Source: Octopus vulgaris
Lineage: Eukaryota
Length of the DNA stretch: 64,000 nucleotides
Direction of reading: 5' to 3'
Assembly: GCA_951406725.2 (NCBI GenBank)
Contig: OX597829.1
Coordinates: 39,618,001-39,682,000 of the forward strand
Below are positions 12,266 to 24,379 of this stretch, piece by piece; positions within the stretch are counted from its first letter, which is position 1; the number at the start of each line of letters is the position of its first letter. A model generated the notes under the pieces. The model had not been told where the DNA came from. It did no database searches and was given only the letters and a program-made list of their open reading frames with translations. The position numbers were made by a program, and so were the translations under genes.

Positions 12266-12422
12266 GTTTCCCTGCGAAAACTCCTTCAAGTAAAGATCTA
12301 CAGACCTATCCCAAAAATCTTAGCTCATCTCTGAATCGGAGATCTATAGATACTATTTCTAATCATTCAGGCGGAAGCCCAATAAGCCCGGAATCAGAAG
12401 TCACTTTCCACCTTGGAGAAAG
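12266..12422 (+). CDS. STIM: STIM exon, Ser/Pro-rich cytosolic linker (GFPAKTPSSKD...SPISPESEVTFHLGE)
   Basis: Acceptor tttgcatttccag|GT, donor AAG|gtaaat, 157 nt. Phase 1 in and phase 2 out match the flanking exons. Open, non-repetitive frame. Confidence 0.8.
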
Positions 12423-12630
12423 GTAAATTCATACAACCCACCCACCCACACAATCACACACACATATAGTCTTTCACTTTTTCTGTTGGTTTCAGTCATT
12501 GGACTGTGGCCATACTGGGGCATCACCTTCAATGGTTCACTTGATCAAATTGACCCACATACATATTTTAAAGTTTGATGTTTATTTTGTTGATTTCTAG
12601 TTATACACGAACATAAAGGCTGATATGGAA

Positions 12631-12664
<34 letters not shown>

Positions 12665-12770
12665 CGGATAGCCTGGTGGCTATGGTAGATGATGGTTGCC
12701 CAAGGTGTCATACAGTGGGACTCATCCTGAAATCACATAGTTGCAAAACAAACTTCTTAATCTCAAGCTA

Positions 12771-12808
<38 letters not shown>

Positions 12809-12809
<1 letters not shown>

Positions 12810-12965
12810 GGCGCAGGAGTGGCTGTGTGGTAAGTAGCTTGCTTAGCAACCACATGGTTCCGGGTTCAGTCCCACTGCGTGGCACCTTGGGCAAATGTCT
12901 TCTACTATAGCCTTGGGCCGACCAAAGCCTTGTGAGTAGATGGAAACTGAAAGAAGCCTGTCGTA

Positions 12966-13030
<65 letters not shown>

Positions 13031-13195
13031 ATGTTTGTGTGTCTTTGTTTATGTCCCCCATCACTTAGCGGTTCGGCAAAAGAGACCGATAGAATAAGTG
13101 CTGGGCTTACAAAGACTAAGTCCCGGGGTCGAGTTGCTCGATTAAAGGCGGTGCTCCAGCATGGCTGCAGTCAAAATGACTGAAACAAGTAAAAA
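12809..13195 (+). mobile_element. CORE-like tRNA SINE with internal (TA)/(TG) microsatellite
   Basis: tRNA-like head followed by GGCACCTTGGGCAA core. Further copies at about 5230-5580 (+), 11020-11397 (-), 37430-37780 (-) and 50720-51115 (-). Confidence 0.8.
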
Positions 13196-13324
13196 GAAAA
13201 AAAAAATATATTGTCAGGGAAGACTGAATAGGAATGTAGAGTGCTGTATTTTAAGGCAGTCTTGTGGCCTTGTTATTCTACAGCATGTGACCACATTAGG
13301 ACACTGGACTGGCTTGTATATATA

Positions 13325-13592
13325 CACGCTAAGAGTTGCTGAAGCATGGAACAGACTGCTGGCATCAGTTGTTAGTTGTCGGAGCACTGCACCCTTCAAA
13401 ACTTCCATGCTTCCTGAGATTCACCAACACTACACCTGATTTTCTCCCCTCCATACACATGCAAGCATGTATCTGACTCATACACTGTTCGCTTTCCAGA
13501 CATTTGTACATTACTGCATATGCTTTATATGCACTTTTGACAAGTTGTGGTGTACCTGAGCACTGTATACAATAATTTCATTATTATTATTT
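13325..13592 (+). mobile_element. CR1/L2-like LINE 3' fragment
   Basis: RVAEAWNRL..SVV motif typical of the ORF2 end, followed by an (ATT)n tail. Confidence 0.65.
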
Positions 13593-13595
13593 TAT

Positions 13596-13629
<34 letters not shown>

Positions 13630-13632
<3 letters not shown>

Positions 13633-14037
13633 GAGGAGACCTATTGAGTAAAGTACGTCAACATCACAATAAAAATTCAAATGGAAATTGTAGTTAAGAC
13701 ACCCGTGCCGGTGACACATAAAAAAGCACCATCCGAACGTAGCAGATGCCAGCGCCGCCTGACTGGCGTCCATGTCGGTGACACGTAAAAGCACCAACCG
13801 ATCATGGCCCTTTGCCAGCCTGCTCTGGCCCCTGTGCCGGTGGCACGTAAAAAACACCCACTACATTCACGGAGTGGTTGGCGTTAGGAAGGGAAGGGCA
13901 TCCAGCTGTAGAAACACTGCCAAATCAGACTAGAGCCTGGTGCAGCCTCCATGGCTTCCCAGACCCCGGTCAAACCGTCCAACCCATGCTAGCATGGAAA
14001 ACGGACGTTAAATGATGATGAAGATGATGATGATGAT
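13630..14037 (+). mobile_element. Abundant SINE-like repeat with internal GGCACGTAAAAAGCACC units and a (GAT)n tail
   Basis: Tail CCATGCTAGCATGGAAAACGGACGTTAAA(TGA)n. Copies at about 85-380 (-), 5775-5902, 11760-11938, 28010-28295, 30078-30445 (-) and 48245-48673. Confidence 0.8.
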
Positions 14038-16344
14038 ATATATTAATATTTAGTAGAAGTAACGAAGTGACTCAAGGTCCAAGCGTTTTTTGCATTGAAT
14101 GCGCAAAACTTTCAGACCTTGAGTCACTCTGTCACTTCTGCTAGATATTGATAAAAATGTATATATAATTATTTCTTTACACGTTAGTGATTCGCTAAAA
14201 TCATCCATAAATTTTTATGGTGTGGACATATATACTCGTGGCAATGTCCGGAATCTGGTTGATTTGTGCTGACCCTTCTGATAATGCTTTCAGTCTAAAT
14301 CTGAAACTGTACAGTAAAGTGATATCACGATCGCCACTTTCCGGCCATTTATGGTTGCTGCTAGCATGTACTTATACAATTTATATGTGTTGACAGCAGC
14401 AACAGATCCCTTCAGCTCTTATTTCTAGCAGTGTAGGTGTTTCTAACACCGTCAGTTATATTTAATGATAATTATACATGTGTGTGTGTGTGTGTGTCAG
14501 TGTTTGTCCCCTGCCCATCACTTGATTATCAGTATTGGTTTGTTTATGTCCCCGTAACTTAGCAGTTCAACAAAAGTGGCCAATGGAATAAGTACCACGT
14601 TTTAAAAAACAGCATTGGGTCAACCTGTTTGACTAAAGCCCTTCAAAGGCTGTTCTCCATTATCACTGAAACAAGTAAAATTTTTAAACATGCCTGGCAA
14701 AAAACTTACCAGCATTTCATCCGTCTTCACGTTCTGAGTTCATATTCAGCCGAAGTTGACTTTGCCTTTCATCCATCAGGGATCGATAAAATAAGTACCA
14801 GAGGAGTACTGACATTGATTTAATTACCTCAATCCTTTCTTTGAAAATACTGGGCTTGTGTGAAAATTTGAAACCATTACTGTTATTGTGAAGAACATTA
14901 AAATAATTATATCCTGCAATCGACAGACACATTTGCCTGATCCCAGGCAAAATCAAAATCGCTAGTGTCCCCTTTGTGACTACATAGCAAAATCCATGTT
15001 TGGACTCGGTTTACATTCACACATCCATCACATATAGATGCAGCAGCTTCTTTTCTTTTCAAAGTTGTTTTCTCTTTTTCTCACTTTCTTTAACTCTTTC
15101 GTTACCAACCCGGCTGAAACCGGCCCTGGCTCAGAGTACAAATGTCTTGTTTTCATGAGTTTTGAATTAAAATCTTCCACCAAACCTTGGTCACAATTTA
15201 TGTTCCTAACTCTAGCTTAATGATACCAAAATATTTTACTAAATTCTTTGTTATATTTAAAGTAATTGAAAGAAACACAGAGCATCTCAAAATAAATACG
15301 TTAACGAAAGGGTTAAATCTTCTCCTTCAAACATTCATACATTGAAATTGACTGGAGCTACCATCATTATTATTATTATTGAGTGAGAGAGAGCAGTGTA
15401 TGCCATCAAAGATCACTGGGGTACAAATATACCCAACACGACTACCTGTCTGATAACGGTACTCCAGGCACATGCGTCACAATCATATATGTGCAACATG
15501 GTGATCTCTTATCAAGATATACAGTGTATGACCTTGCACTAACTGATTTCTCTTAGAATTTTCTTCAAGTTGAGTAACCCAGCCCACTCAAAGTCCTCGA
15601 ATAAGGGATGTTTAACCCTTTCATTACCATATTTATTTTGAGATGCTCTGTGTTTCTTTCAATTATTTTAAATATGACAAAGAATTTAGAAAAATAACTT
15701 AGTTACCATTTAGCTAGTGTCAGTAACATAAATTGTGACAAAGGTCTGGTGGAAGATATTAAATCAAAACTTAAGAAAACAAGACATTTGTACTACAGAG
15801 CCAGAGGCGGTTTCAGCTGGGTTGGTAATGAAAGGGTTAAGGATGATGAACAAAACACCCATGTTTTCAGAGGTGAATTATTTAAAACCCCCCAAAAATT
15901 CCTTTCAACACATTTTCATGATTTACCCAACTATTCCTGCTCATGATAAGAGATGCACACATTGTCAGCCACTAATGAACATGCTCAGTTGGTTTAACTC
16001 AAGCAACTGACAAGCAAATCTGTGGTACTGAGCAGAATATTTTTAAGCCAACATAAAATATGTATATGGTAGCATTTCCAATCAGTTAAGATCAGAAGGC
16101 TTGCGAGCTACTGCTTGGTACTGCATCAGGGAATTTATTTTTATTATTATTATTATTATTATTATTGAGTGAGAGAGCAGTGCATGCCATCAAAGTGACG
16201 CTGGGGTACAAATGTATGAAGCCCAGTATACCCATCATGACTACCCGTCTGATAAGGGTACACTAGGCACATGTGTCATAACCACATGTGTGTGAGATGG
16301 TGATCTTATATCAAGATAACCAGCACATTATTGTTGCTGCTGTT

Positions 16345-16779
16345 GGTTTGAACTGCAGTTTTTAACATAATTTCTAGGTAACTAGAAAATTTTAAACTTC
16401 GTATACTGGTAGAATGTGTTTATAAAACATATTTTTCTCTTGGCTTTATTGAGAAAATTCTATAGTTTGTAAGATATTTGTTGTTTTTTTTCTTCTTCAA
16501 TTTCTGCAATTTCAACCAATCAATGACGTCTATTGAGGTGAAAACATTCTGTGCCGGTATGAATATATCCCTCGTTTAAGAAACAGATTGGGTTTATTTA
16601 CTTTTGTGAAGAAAAAAAGATACCCTTCCCCCACCCCTAACCCTAACTAACTCTAACTCTAACTCTAACCCTAACCCTAAATTAGATTGAAATGCAATAG
16701 ATCGATACTAGGGTCATAATTATGGGTGACAATTTCATGACACCGCTAGAAAAAACTGCCGTTCAAACCGAAAAGATCC
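16345..16779. mobile_element. Second copy of the GGATC MITE, left TIR clipped, longer telomere-like tract
   Basis: Colinear with 3252-3645. CCCTAA/CTCTAA tract at about 16635-16680. Confidence 0.85.
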
Positions 16780-17042
16780 AAAAGTACTGGCAATGGTGCT
16801 ACATAAAGAGCACCCAGTACACTCTGTGGAGTGGTTGGCACTAGGAAGGGCATCAAGCCAAAACAGACTGGAGTGTAGTGTGCCCCCCCTTCCCCAGCCT
16901 TGTCAGTTCCTGCCAAGCCATCCAATGCATGCTAGCATGGAAAAAAAAATGTCAAATGTTGTTGATGATGATGATGTGCTGAAATTATTATTATTTTCAT
17001 TATTGTTATATAACTTTTTCACCCTTTTTTATTTCATCCTAG

Positions 17043-17427
17043 CCCTCCACATTCTTTGTGTCATGATGATGTGGCACCACCTCCAAGCTATTCTTCAGTC
17101 AATACAGTGGTACCAAGTGGCTCTGGAAAAGTTTACAGTTCTAGTGGATATATGCCGATGACCAAATCTGAAAGTCTCATTCGTAACCGTTTTGACAGCC
17201 TCATCTCGTCCACTTCGGAATCCAGTTTGACTGAGCTGGATCAACGGAAGCAATCAGAAAGTTCTTTAAGGATGACCGGCTCATCGGTACTTCCTTTAAC
17301 CGTGGAAGAAAGATGTGATTCTGAGACAGAATCCACTGAAAGTACAGAAGATAAAAAGAAGTCCAGAAAGAAAAAAGTTCTTGGAAAGATTTTCCGTCGC
17401 AACGGAGATGTAAAGAAGAAGTCTTAA
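17043..17427 (+). CDS. STIM: STIM terminal exon ending in a polybasic tail (...KKKSRKKKVLGKIFRRNGDVKKKS*)
   Basis: Long pyrimidine tract + cctag|C, phase 2 matches the previous donor, stop TAA at 17425-17427. A Lys-rich C-terminus is the established phosphoinositide-binding tail of STIM proteins. Confidence 0.85.
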
Positions 17428-17612
17428 CTGGAACAACTGGTCTCCATGAGTTTTTTTTTTCTAATTTTCTTTTTTTTTTCTTAAATTCTCAGTTGAAATA
17501 TTCATTTAACTGATAACTGAAGAAAATTATCAGAAGCTGGTGGACTGTCAAAAATAAGTTGTTATATTTTTTATAAAAAAAAAAAATGCAACAAAAAAGC
17601 AAAAAAAATTAC

Positions 17613-17618
17613 AATAAA
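17613..17618 (+). promoter_or_regulatory. Candidate proximal polyadenylation signal of STIM
   Basis: AATAAA about 185 nt after the stop codon. The context is A-rich, so it may be a chance match. Confidence 0.35.
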
Positions 17619-17737
17619 TTGAGAAAAAATTTTTTGAAACTACAAAAAAAAAAAAGAGAAAAATGTATTGAACTCTATGTGCATTGGCAGAATTCTTTGA
17701 TCTTTGATTCCATTCTAGAGATATACCTAATAGTTTA

Positions 17738-17787
<50 letters not shown>

Positions 17788-17914
17788 CCCAGAATCCGAT
17801 CTGGTCCTTCCTTCCCCTTAACTTCTTTGAAATATTGAACAAAGTATAATTATATACACACACACACACATATATTTATATATATACAAATATATTTATG
17901 TATATATATATCTG

Positions 17915-17968
<54 letters not shown>

Positions 17969-18002
17969 CATATATGTGTATATATATATGTGTGTATATA
18001 TA

Positions 18003-18061
<59 letters not shown>

Positions 18062-18500
18062 CTAGAGTAAGCACATAAATGCGAAACAAGGTGGGTATAT
18101 ATATATACACCCATATATGTATGTGTATGTGTGTATATATATATGTGTATATATACATATATGTGTGAGTGAATATATATATATGAGTGTGTGTGTATAT
18201 ATATATATATATATTAAGAAGAATTATCCTCTCATGTAGTTTGTGTATATAATGAACAGTGTTGAATGTATTTGTGTGTTGACAGAAAGAAGGAATGATG
18301 AGAAAGTACATATATGCATATCAAGATATGTCTCTATGCATGTGTGTATAAGTGAGTGTATGTGTATGTATTTGTAATTCTGCATTTACTTGTGACTGTG
18401 CATATATATATATATATATATATATGCATGTATATATGTATATATATCCATATGTGCATATATATATATGTACATATATGCACATATATGTATATATATA

Positions 18501-18540
<40 letters not shown>

Positions 18541-18614
18541 TAAAGATATATATATATATATATATATAAGTAAATATATAAATGGAGTTGAACGCAGATA
18601 TTAAAATTCTTTTA

Positions 18615-18697
18615 CTTTCGACATATGTTTCGAAGACAACATTGGTTTTATTCCAAAGGAATAAATGGTGTAAAATGCAATCTTCTCATCAGGAAAG
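18615..18697 (-). ncRNA. Type I hammerhead ribozyme, intact core (Penelope pLTR)
   Basis: Minus strand reads CUUUC-CUGAUGA-GAAGA..UCUUC-GAAA-CAUAUG-UC-GAAAG. Stem I is 5 bp, stem II is extended, and stem III is a short palindrome. Confidence 0.85.
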
Positions 18698-18751
18698 AAA
18701 GAGAGCCTATCTCAACAACAAGACATTATAACAATTACGATGACTGCCTAA

Positions 18752-19739
18752 ATGAGGCAACCTCGGTTTATTTTAAAAGACCACAAACAGAACTTTTATA
18801 CTAACCCATCATTACAGCTTATATGTCCTTCCAGCTCAGACGTCGGTATACTTAGTAAATACATCTTAGATAAGTATATCCCTACATTAATCAATAAATT
18901 AATACTCAGCATATGCTCTAATTCTTTTCAAGTTGTAGATTGGCTGACTTCTATTACTAATAAGGTTAACTCTAAATTTATTCAGTTTGATATATCTAGC
19001 TTCTATTCATCAATCAACCCTATTATACTCAATAAGGCACTCTGACATGCACACAATAAAGCAGGTCTCTCTAGAGAAGAAATTAATGTGGTACTGGCTG
19101 CTAGAAAGTCATTCATTAAGTTCGATAATAAGTTGTGCGTCCGGAAGGATACTCCCAGTGCATTCGATGTCCTAATGGGAAGTTCAGATTCTGCTCAAAT
19201 TTCTGATTTGGTCGGAATATATATGCTTTATGAAATGGCTGACCAGTTCCCAGACATCCGTGGAGGTCTGTATCATGATGATTGTCTGCCTTACCTCCAA
19301 AACATTTCAAATCAAAAAATACAGAAGGTTAAGAATAGATTAGTTAGGTTTTTTTCGTAGAATGGGCTTTCACATCATTTTTGACGATGAGTTAACTAAA
19401 GCTAACTTCTTAGATATCACTCTTAATTTACAAAATAACTCGTACTTCCCATACCACAAACCTTCCACAAATCTCAAGTATATTAGTCCTTCCAGTAATC
19501 ATGCTAGGGCAATTACTAAGAATTTAGTTAAAAACATTTCAGTTAGATTATCCAAACTGTCCGCCAATGTTGATATTTTTAATGACAAGGCAGAATTTTA
19601 TAACTCTGCCTTGGTTAAAGCTGGGTATAAAGAAAATGTTACATACATTGATTCTGCTCAATCTCGTCCTTCTTCTACTGTTCAAGACAAAAAATCTAGT
19701 TGTAATAATAAGAGTGATTTTTTAATTCTAATATTGTAA
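18752..19739 (+). pseudogene. Penelope-like reverse transcriptase, disrupted
   Basis: Motifs FIQFDISSFYSSI, FDVLMGSSDSAQISDLVG, GGLYHDD, FLDITL, PYHKP and SNH. In-frame TGA at 19043, TAG at 19358 and a frameshift near 19361. Confidence 0.88.
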
Positions 19740-19856
19740 ACAACACAAAACATAATAAAATTCCTTTATGGGATAAGGGAGGCAAGCATTATTTAAGCCC
19801 ATTTTTTTCACTCTAGAGGTATTTCACCATCCTTTAAAGATAATACCACTTACAAT

Positions 19857-20585
19857 TTGAATGTTACTAGGAAAACTATCTGGTTTGTAATTCCGTTTGG
19901 AAAACAAATTAAATCTAATCTTCCTTTGCAATTCCGTGAAGTGGTTGGTAAGAACTTTCCAAAAAATTCTAGATATTATTCAATTATTAACTCTCATATA
20001 GTTATGGTTGCCTTTTCCAACACAAAGAATCTTTCACAAATTATATCATCTCATAATACCAGTCTGCTAAATAAGAGTTCATTTTCTGGGAGTTCCAACA
20101 TTAATCTTGTTAATTCCAACCCCTCACATAATAATAATAATAGCAATAAAAACATGGTTTTGGTCTCTGAGGACAACCACAACAGAATTAAATTTATGTC
20201 TAATAATTCTAAGATCAAGAATTCTATATACCAGTGTAAAATTTCTAGCGGTACCGATGTCTACTTCTACATTGGCGCATCCTCTTCCCAGTTATCTAAG
20301 AGAATTTCCAATCATTATTCATCATTTAGGGATAGCAGCAAACGTCATAGTACAGGGCTATGGAAATTGGTTTGGCATCTTAAAGACAACAATAAAGATT
20401 TTAAGTTAGATTGGTTCATCCTGTCCATATCTTTCCCTTATGATAAGGGCAAAGGATTTTGTGACATTTTCAACTCTGAACTCTTCCGTATTCTCTTCTC
20501 TAAGAATCATCTTGTTAACACACTTATAGAGCGATCTTACAAATGTAAACACTGGCAGAAACATACCTCTAGCTCATATAAGTGA
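19857..20585 (+). pseudogene. Penelope-like thumb/linker plus C-terminal GIY-YIG endonuclease
   Basis: SIYQCKIS...FYIGAS..LSKRISNH, followed by CDIFNSE, N and CKH, which is the GIY-YIG layout of PLEs. Separated from the RT frame by disruptions. Confidence 0.85.
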
Positions 20586-20851
20586 TTTTTACCAGTCTTT
20601 GTAGTTTGATCATTTAGTTTAACTTGCACTTTACTTCAATAGAGAAATCTACTTCTAAGCCTTTGAACATTTTTTCAACTAATTTATCCCTCTTTATTTG
20701 TTCTCTATTTATTATTTCTTTAACCCTTCTCTTTCTAGTATCTGCTTTTGACGTTGAAACGGTTTTTTAAAATACTTAATAACATTCTTTTTATCATTTA
20801 GGTAGTCATCGTAATTGTTTTAATGTCTTGTTGTTGAGATAGGCTCTCTTT

Positions 20852-20934
20852 CTTTCCTGATAAGAAGATTGCATTTTACACCGTTTATTCCTTTGGAATA
20901 AAACCAATGTTGTCTTCGAAACAGATGTCGAACG
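20852..20934 (+). ncRNA. Hammerhead motif, degenerate (core CUGAUAA, G8A)
   Basis: Sense-arm copy of the 18615 motif, with CUGAUAA, stem III CAGAUG and stem I 3' strand GAACG. Confidence 0.7.
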
Positions 20935-21128
20935 TAAAAGAATTTTAATAATATCTGCATTCAACTCCATTTATTTACTTATACTACACAAATTACTACA
21001 CATTAACCCGGAGTTTCTACCTTTGAATAGGTTGCTTCATCCGTGTTACTTGCGTGAATTTTGCTACTCTGGTAACTGTTTATTGAATTTTCCATGTTAA
21101 CGGTAAACAAAGGATAATTCATTCATCC

Positions 21129-21133
<5 letters not shown>

Positions 21134-21173
<40 letters not shown>

Positions 21174-21189
21174 AAGCATATATATATGC

Positions 21190-21235
<46 letters not shown>

Positions 21236-21248
21236 CATATATATATGC

Positions 21249-21288
<40 letters not shown>

Positions 21289-21533
21289 CATATATATATG
21301 CGTATATATATAAAGCATATATATATGCGTATGTATATATATATATATACACATGCATATATGTGTGTGTATATATATATATACATATATATATATGTAT
21401 ATATATATGTGTGTATATATATATATGTGTATATATATGTGTGTATATATGAGTATATATATATGTGTATATATATATATATGTGTATATATATATATGT
21501 GTATATATGAGTATGTATATATGTGTATATATA

Positions 21534-21596
<63 letters not shown>

Positions 21597-21629
21597 ATAT
21601 ATATATATATATGTGTGTATATATATATG

Positions 21630-21662
<33 letters not shown>

Positions 21663-21664
21663 GT
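21134..21664. repeat. Long compound (TA)n/(TG) microsatellite, representative of many such tracts (17743-18566, 40797-41205, 42975-43180)
   Basis: Seen directly in the sequence. Confidence 0.95.
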
Positions 21665-21924
21665 ACCTCCAATGCACACGTAGATTTTATATGTATATAA
21701 TACATAGTTGTATATATATGTGAAAACCTTAAATTTTGCTTCTTTGGTCATATATAGTTTTTCTTTTGTCTTTTCTTTCATTTTTTTTTTGAGAACCAAT
21801 GCTACACTGCATCTTTATTCCCCAAGTTACACTCTATCTTTTGGACATCCAAAGCTACACTCTATCTGTGATAAGAGGGACATTCACTAATTAACATTTT
21901 TTTAAAAATTAAGGTTATTATTAC

Positions 21925-21978
<54 letters not shown>

Positions 21979-22219
21979 CATTTAAATGATGTCTTTTATA
22001 AAAATGAGATAAAAACATGATTTTGTTTATTGGAGTGAAAATTGACACTCGAGTGATTGATTGTGAGTTCATATGAACATCCACATAGCAAATGCTGGCA
22101 AATTTAGATCCATTGATTATAGCTAATTTGTTTAATATTTCTCAAAAATTTTTAACTGCTTTTAGAAAAAGCCATTTTAACATATGCTGCTCCTTTATAT
22201 CAATATTTTTAATTTCCTG

Positions 22220-22251
<32 letters not shown>

Positions 22252-22296
22252 TTAAATGACCATTTCTTTTTTATAATTTTATTCTATATGTATATG

Positions 22297-22343
<47 letters not shown>

Positions 22344-22569
22344 CTTTTCATTTCTCAATACTGATCATCTAACATTGAGAGAAAGATATTGTTTTGGTGC
22401 AAAATTGTGACTAGATAACAACAGTTTCATCCAATAATAATAATAATGATAATAATAGTAATAATAACAATGATGATAATAATATCATTGTTATTATTAA
22501 TAATAGACCTCTCAATTCTTGTCATACCTCTCATTCCTCCGAAACAATTTTTTTTTTGTATTTCAGTGA

Positions 22570-22637
<68 letters not shown>

Positions 22638-24348
22638 GTTGTTGCTATTTTCAAAAATAAGGTTCATTAACCAAAGTGTTTATTTTTAACTTAGTAGTTT
22701 TTCAATTATTAATGTTATAATGTATAAGAATTGGGGTGGGGTGGAGCCGCAGACATGGTGGTGGTAGGTAGGTAGTAAACTAAATGTTTTTTTTGCATAA
22801 CTTTTAACATTTGAATGTTTAGACCCTGCTGTCATTGACATTGCACTTCACGTCCTTCCATTTGTTGTTGTTGACAAAGTAAAGACTGGTGGGTGGGTGC
22901 GGGGTAGGAATGGTTTGTCAAATCAGTTAACCATATCCTGCTCTTTTCAGATATATAGCATAGTGACAATGCAGTTTGCTATTTTGGAGTTACAACTGCC
23001 GCTGCTGCTGCTGCTGCTACTACTACTTAGTAGTAGTAGAAATGACAGAGCATTAGACTAAATGTCTTGCAGTGTTTAGTTATGGCCCTTTACAATCTGA
23101 ATTCAAATTCCATGAAGGTCACTTTTATGTTTGATCCTTCCGGGATACCAGTGATGTACTAGGGGAATACTCCGCTGATCTTTCAATGAAGTGCTTGTTG
23201 TTTCTGTGAACTGGTGTGAATTGTTGTCAATATTGAACTTGGCAAATGCATGAGAAGGTGTATGGCCTAGTTGTTAGGGTGTTGGACACATGATCTTAAG
23301 ATTGTAGCTGGGTTCGATTTCAGGGTCAAGTGGCACACAGTGCCCTTGCACAAATCATGCCATTTCTTGTGTCTCAAGTGTATTCTACTGAATATGAGTT
23401 GCCTCTCAGTTGTAGCATGATGCCACTTGGGCCGTTACCTGCAAACCTTGCGGGGTAACAGTATGCTAGTTTTCCTTTATGGCCAAAAAGCATGCTGGAT
23501 GATAAAGTACCAGTGAGATAATTGGGTTATAGAATAAAGTACCAGGGAAGTGAATAATTTGGTTATGAAAATAGAGTACGAAGGAAATAACTTGGTTAGT
23601 GAAATAAAGTACCAGGGAAATGAATGGGTTGATGAAATAAAGTACCAGTGAAATAACAGTTGATTAATGGATCTGATGAAGTACCAGTGATATACTGGAG
23701 CCAATTAAATAGACAGACCCTCCTCACCCTTCCCAAAAGGTCATTATTGTCATCTTCATTGAATATATATAAGGGGGTTGAGTGGATAAGAAAGCAAATA
23801 CCTTAGCAAATACTGGGCTCTGAGCTCATTTGTATGCCTCTGGAGGGGATGCTTTTTATCCTGGAACAAGTTTCTTAATTCTACTTGCTTTGCAGAACAA
23901 AATCCTTACTTTGATTTAAATTTTTGCTATTCTGTAATTTTTACTTTTTCACTAATGTTGCTATCATCATCATCATCATCATTGCCGCCATATTACAATA
24001 CAAATATGCTACAAAATCTATGATGCACTTCTGGTTAAAAACTTTTTCTAGATTGCAGGCTCAGTTTGGTTGCTTAAGTATAAGCAGTTTGTATTTGAGA
24101 GTGAACACTGTATATGTGTATGTGTGTGTGTGTGTGTGTGTGCTATGTGAATGGTGTGCATACTGCAAGTGTTGGTGCACTGTTTGTGTTTGTGTTTGAA
24201 TGTTGCATTGGTTTGTGTGCAGGTGATTGTTATGCATATATATGCATATATATGTTATGCATATATATGCATATATATGTGTGTCTGTGTATGTAAGAAA
24301 GCAGTTATAGTGTATATGTATCAGTATTGTGTCCTATGTATCAGTGCC

Positions 24349-24379
<31 letters not shown>

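Larger units (their letters stand above)
18565..20983 (+). mobile_element. Penelope-like retroelement (5'-truncated, decayed) with inverted pseudo-LTRs, inserted in (TA)n
   Basis: Arms 18565-18755 and 20794-20983 are reverse complements. RT and GIY-YIG remnants lie between them, and each arm holds a hammerhead motif. Confidence 0.9.

Noticed and set aside
16635-16680. Relic chromosome end or fusion site
   Set aside because: The telomere-like tract is internal to a MITE present twice in the window.
19043-19045. Selenocysteine recoding of the in-frame TGA in the Penelope RT (known for some Naiad PLEs)
   Set aside because: The element also has a TAG and frameshifts, the domain order is not Naiad-like and I saw no SECIS. 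CGA>TGA decay is simpler.
21097-21799. Long YI/IY-rich ORFs (also 17850-18604, 40656-41236, 42881-43262)
   Set aside because: Translations of stop-free (TA)n/(TG)n microsatellites, not proteins.
23501-23700. CRISPR array
   Set aside because: Eukaryotic context, a constant part of only about 11 nt, spacers related to each other, no cas genes, and the motif derives from a SINE.
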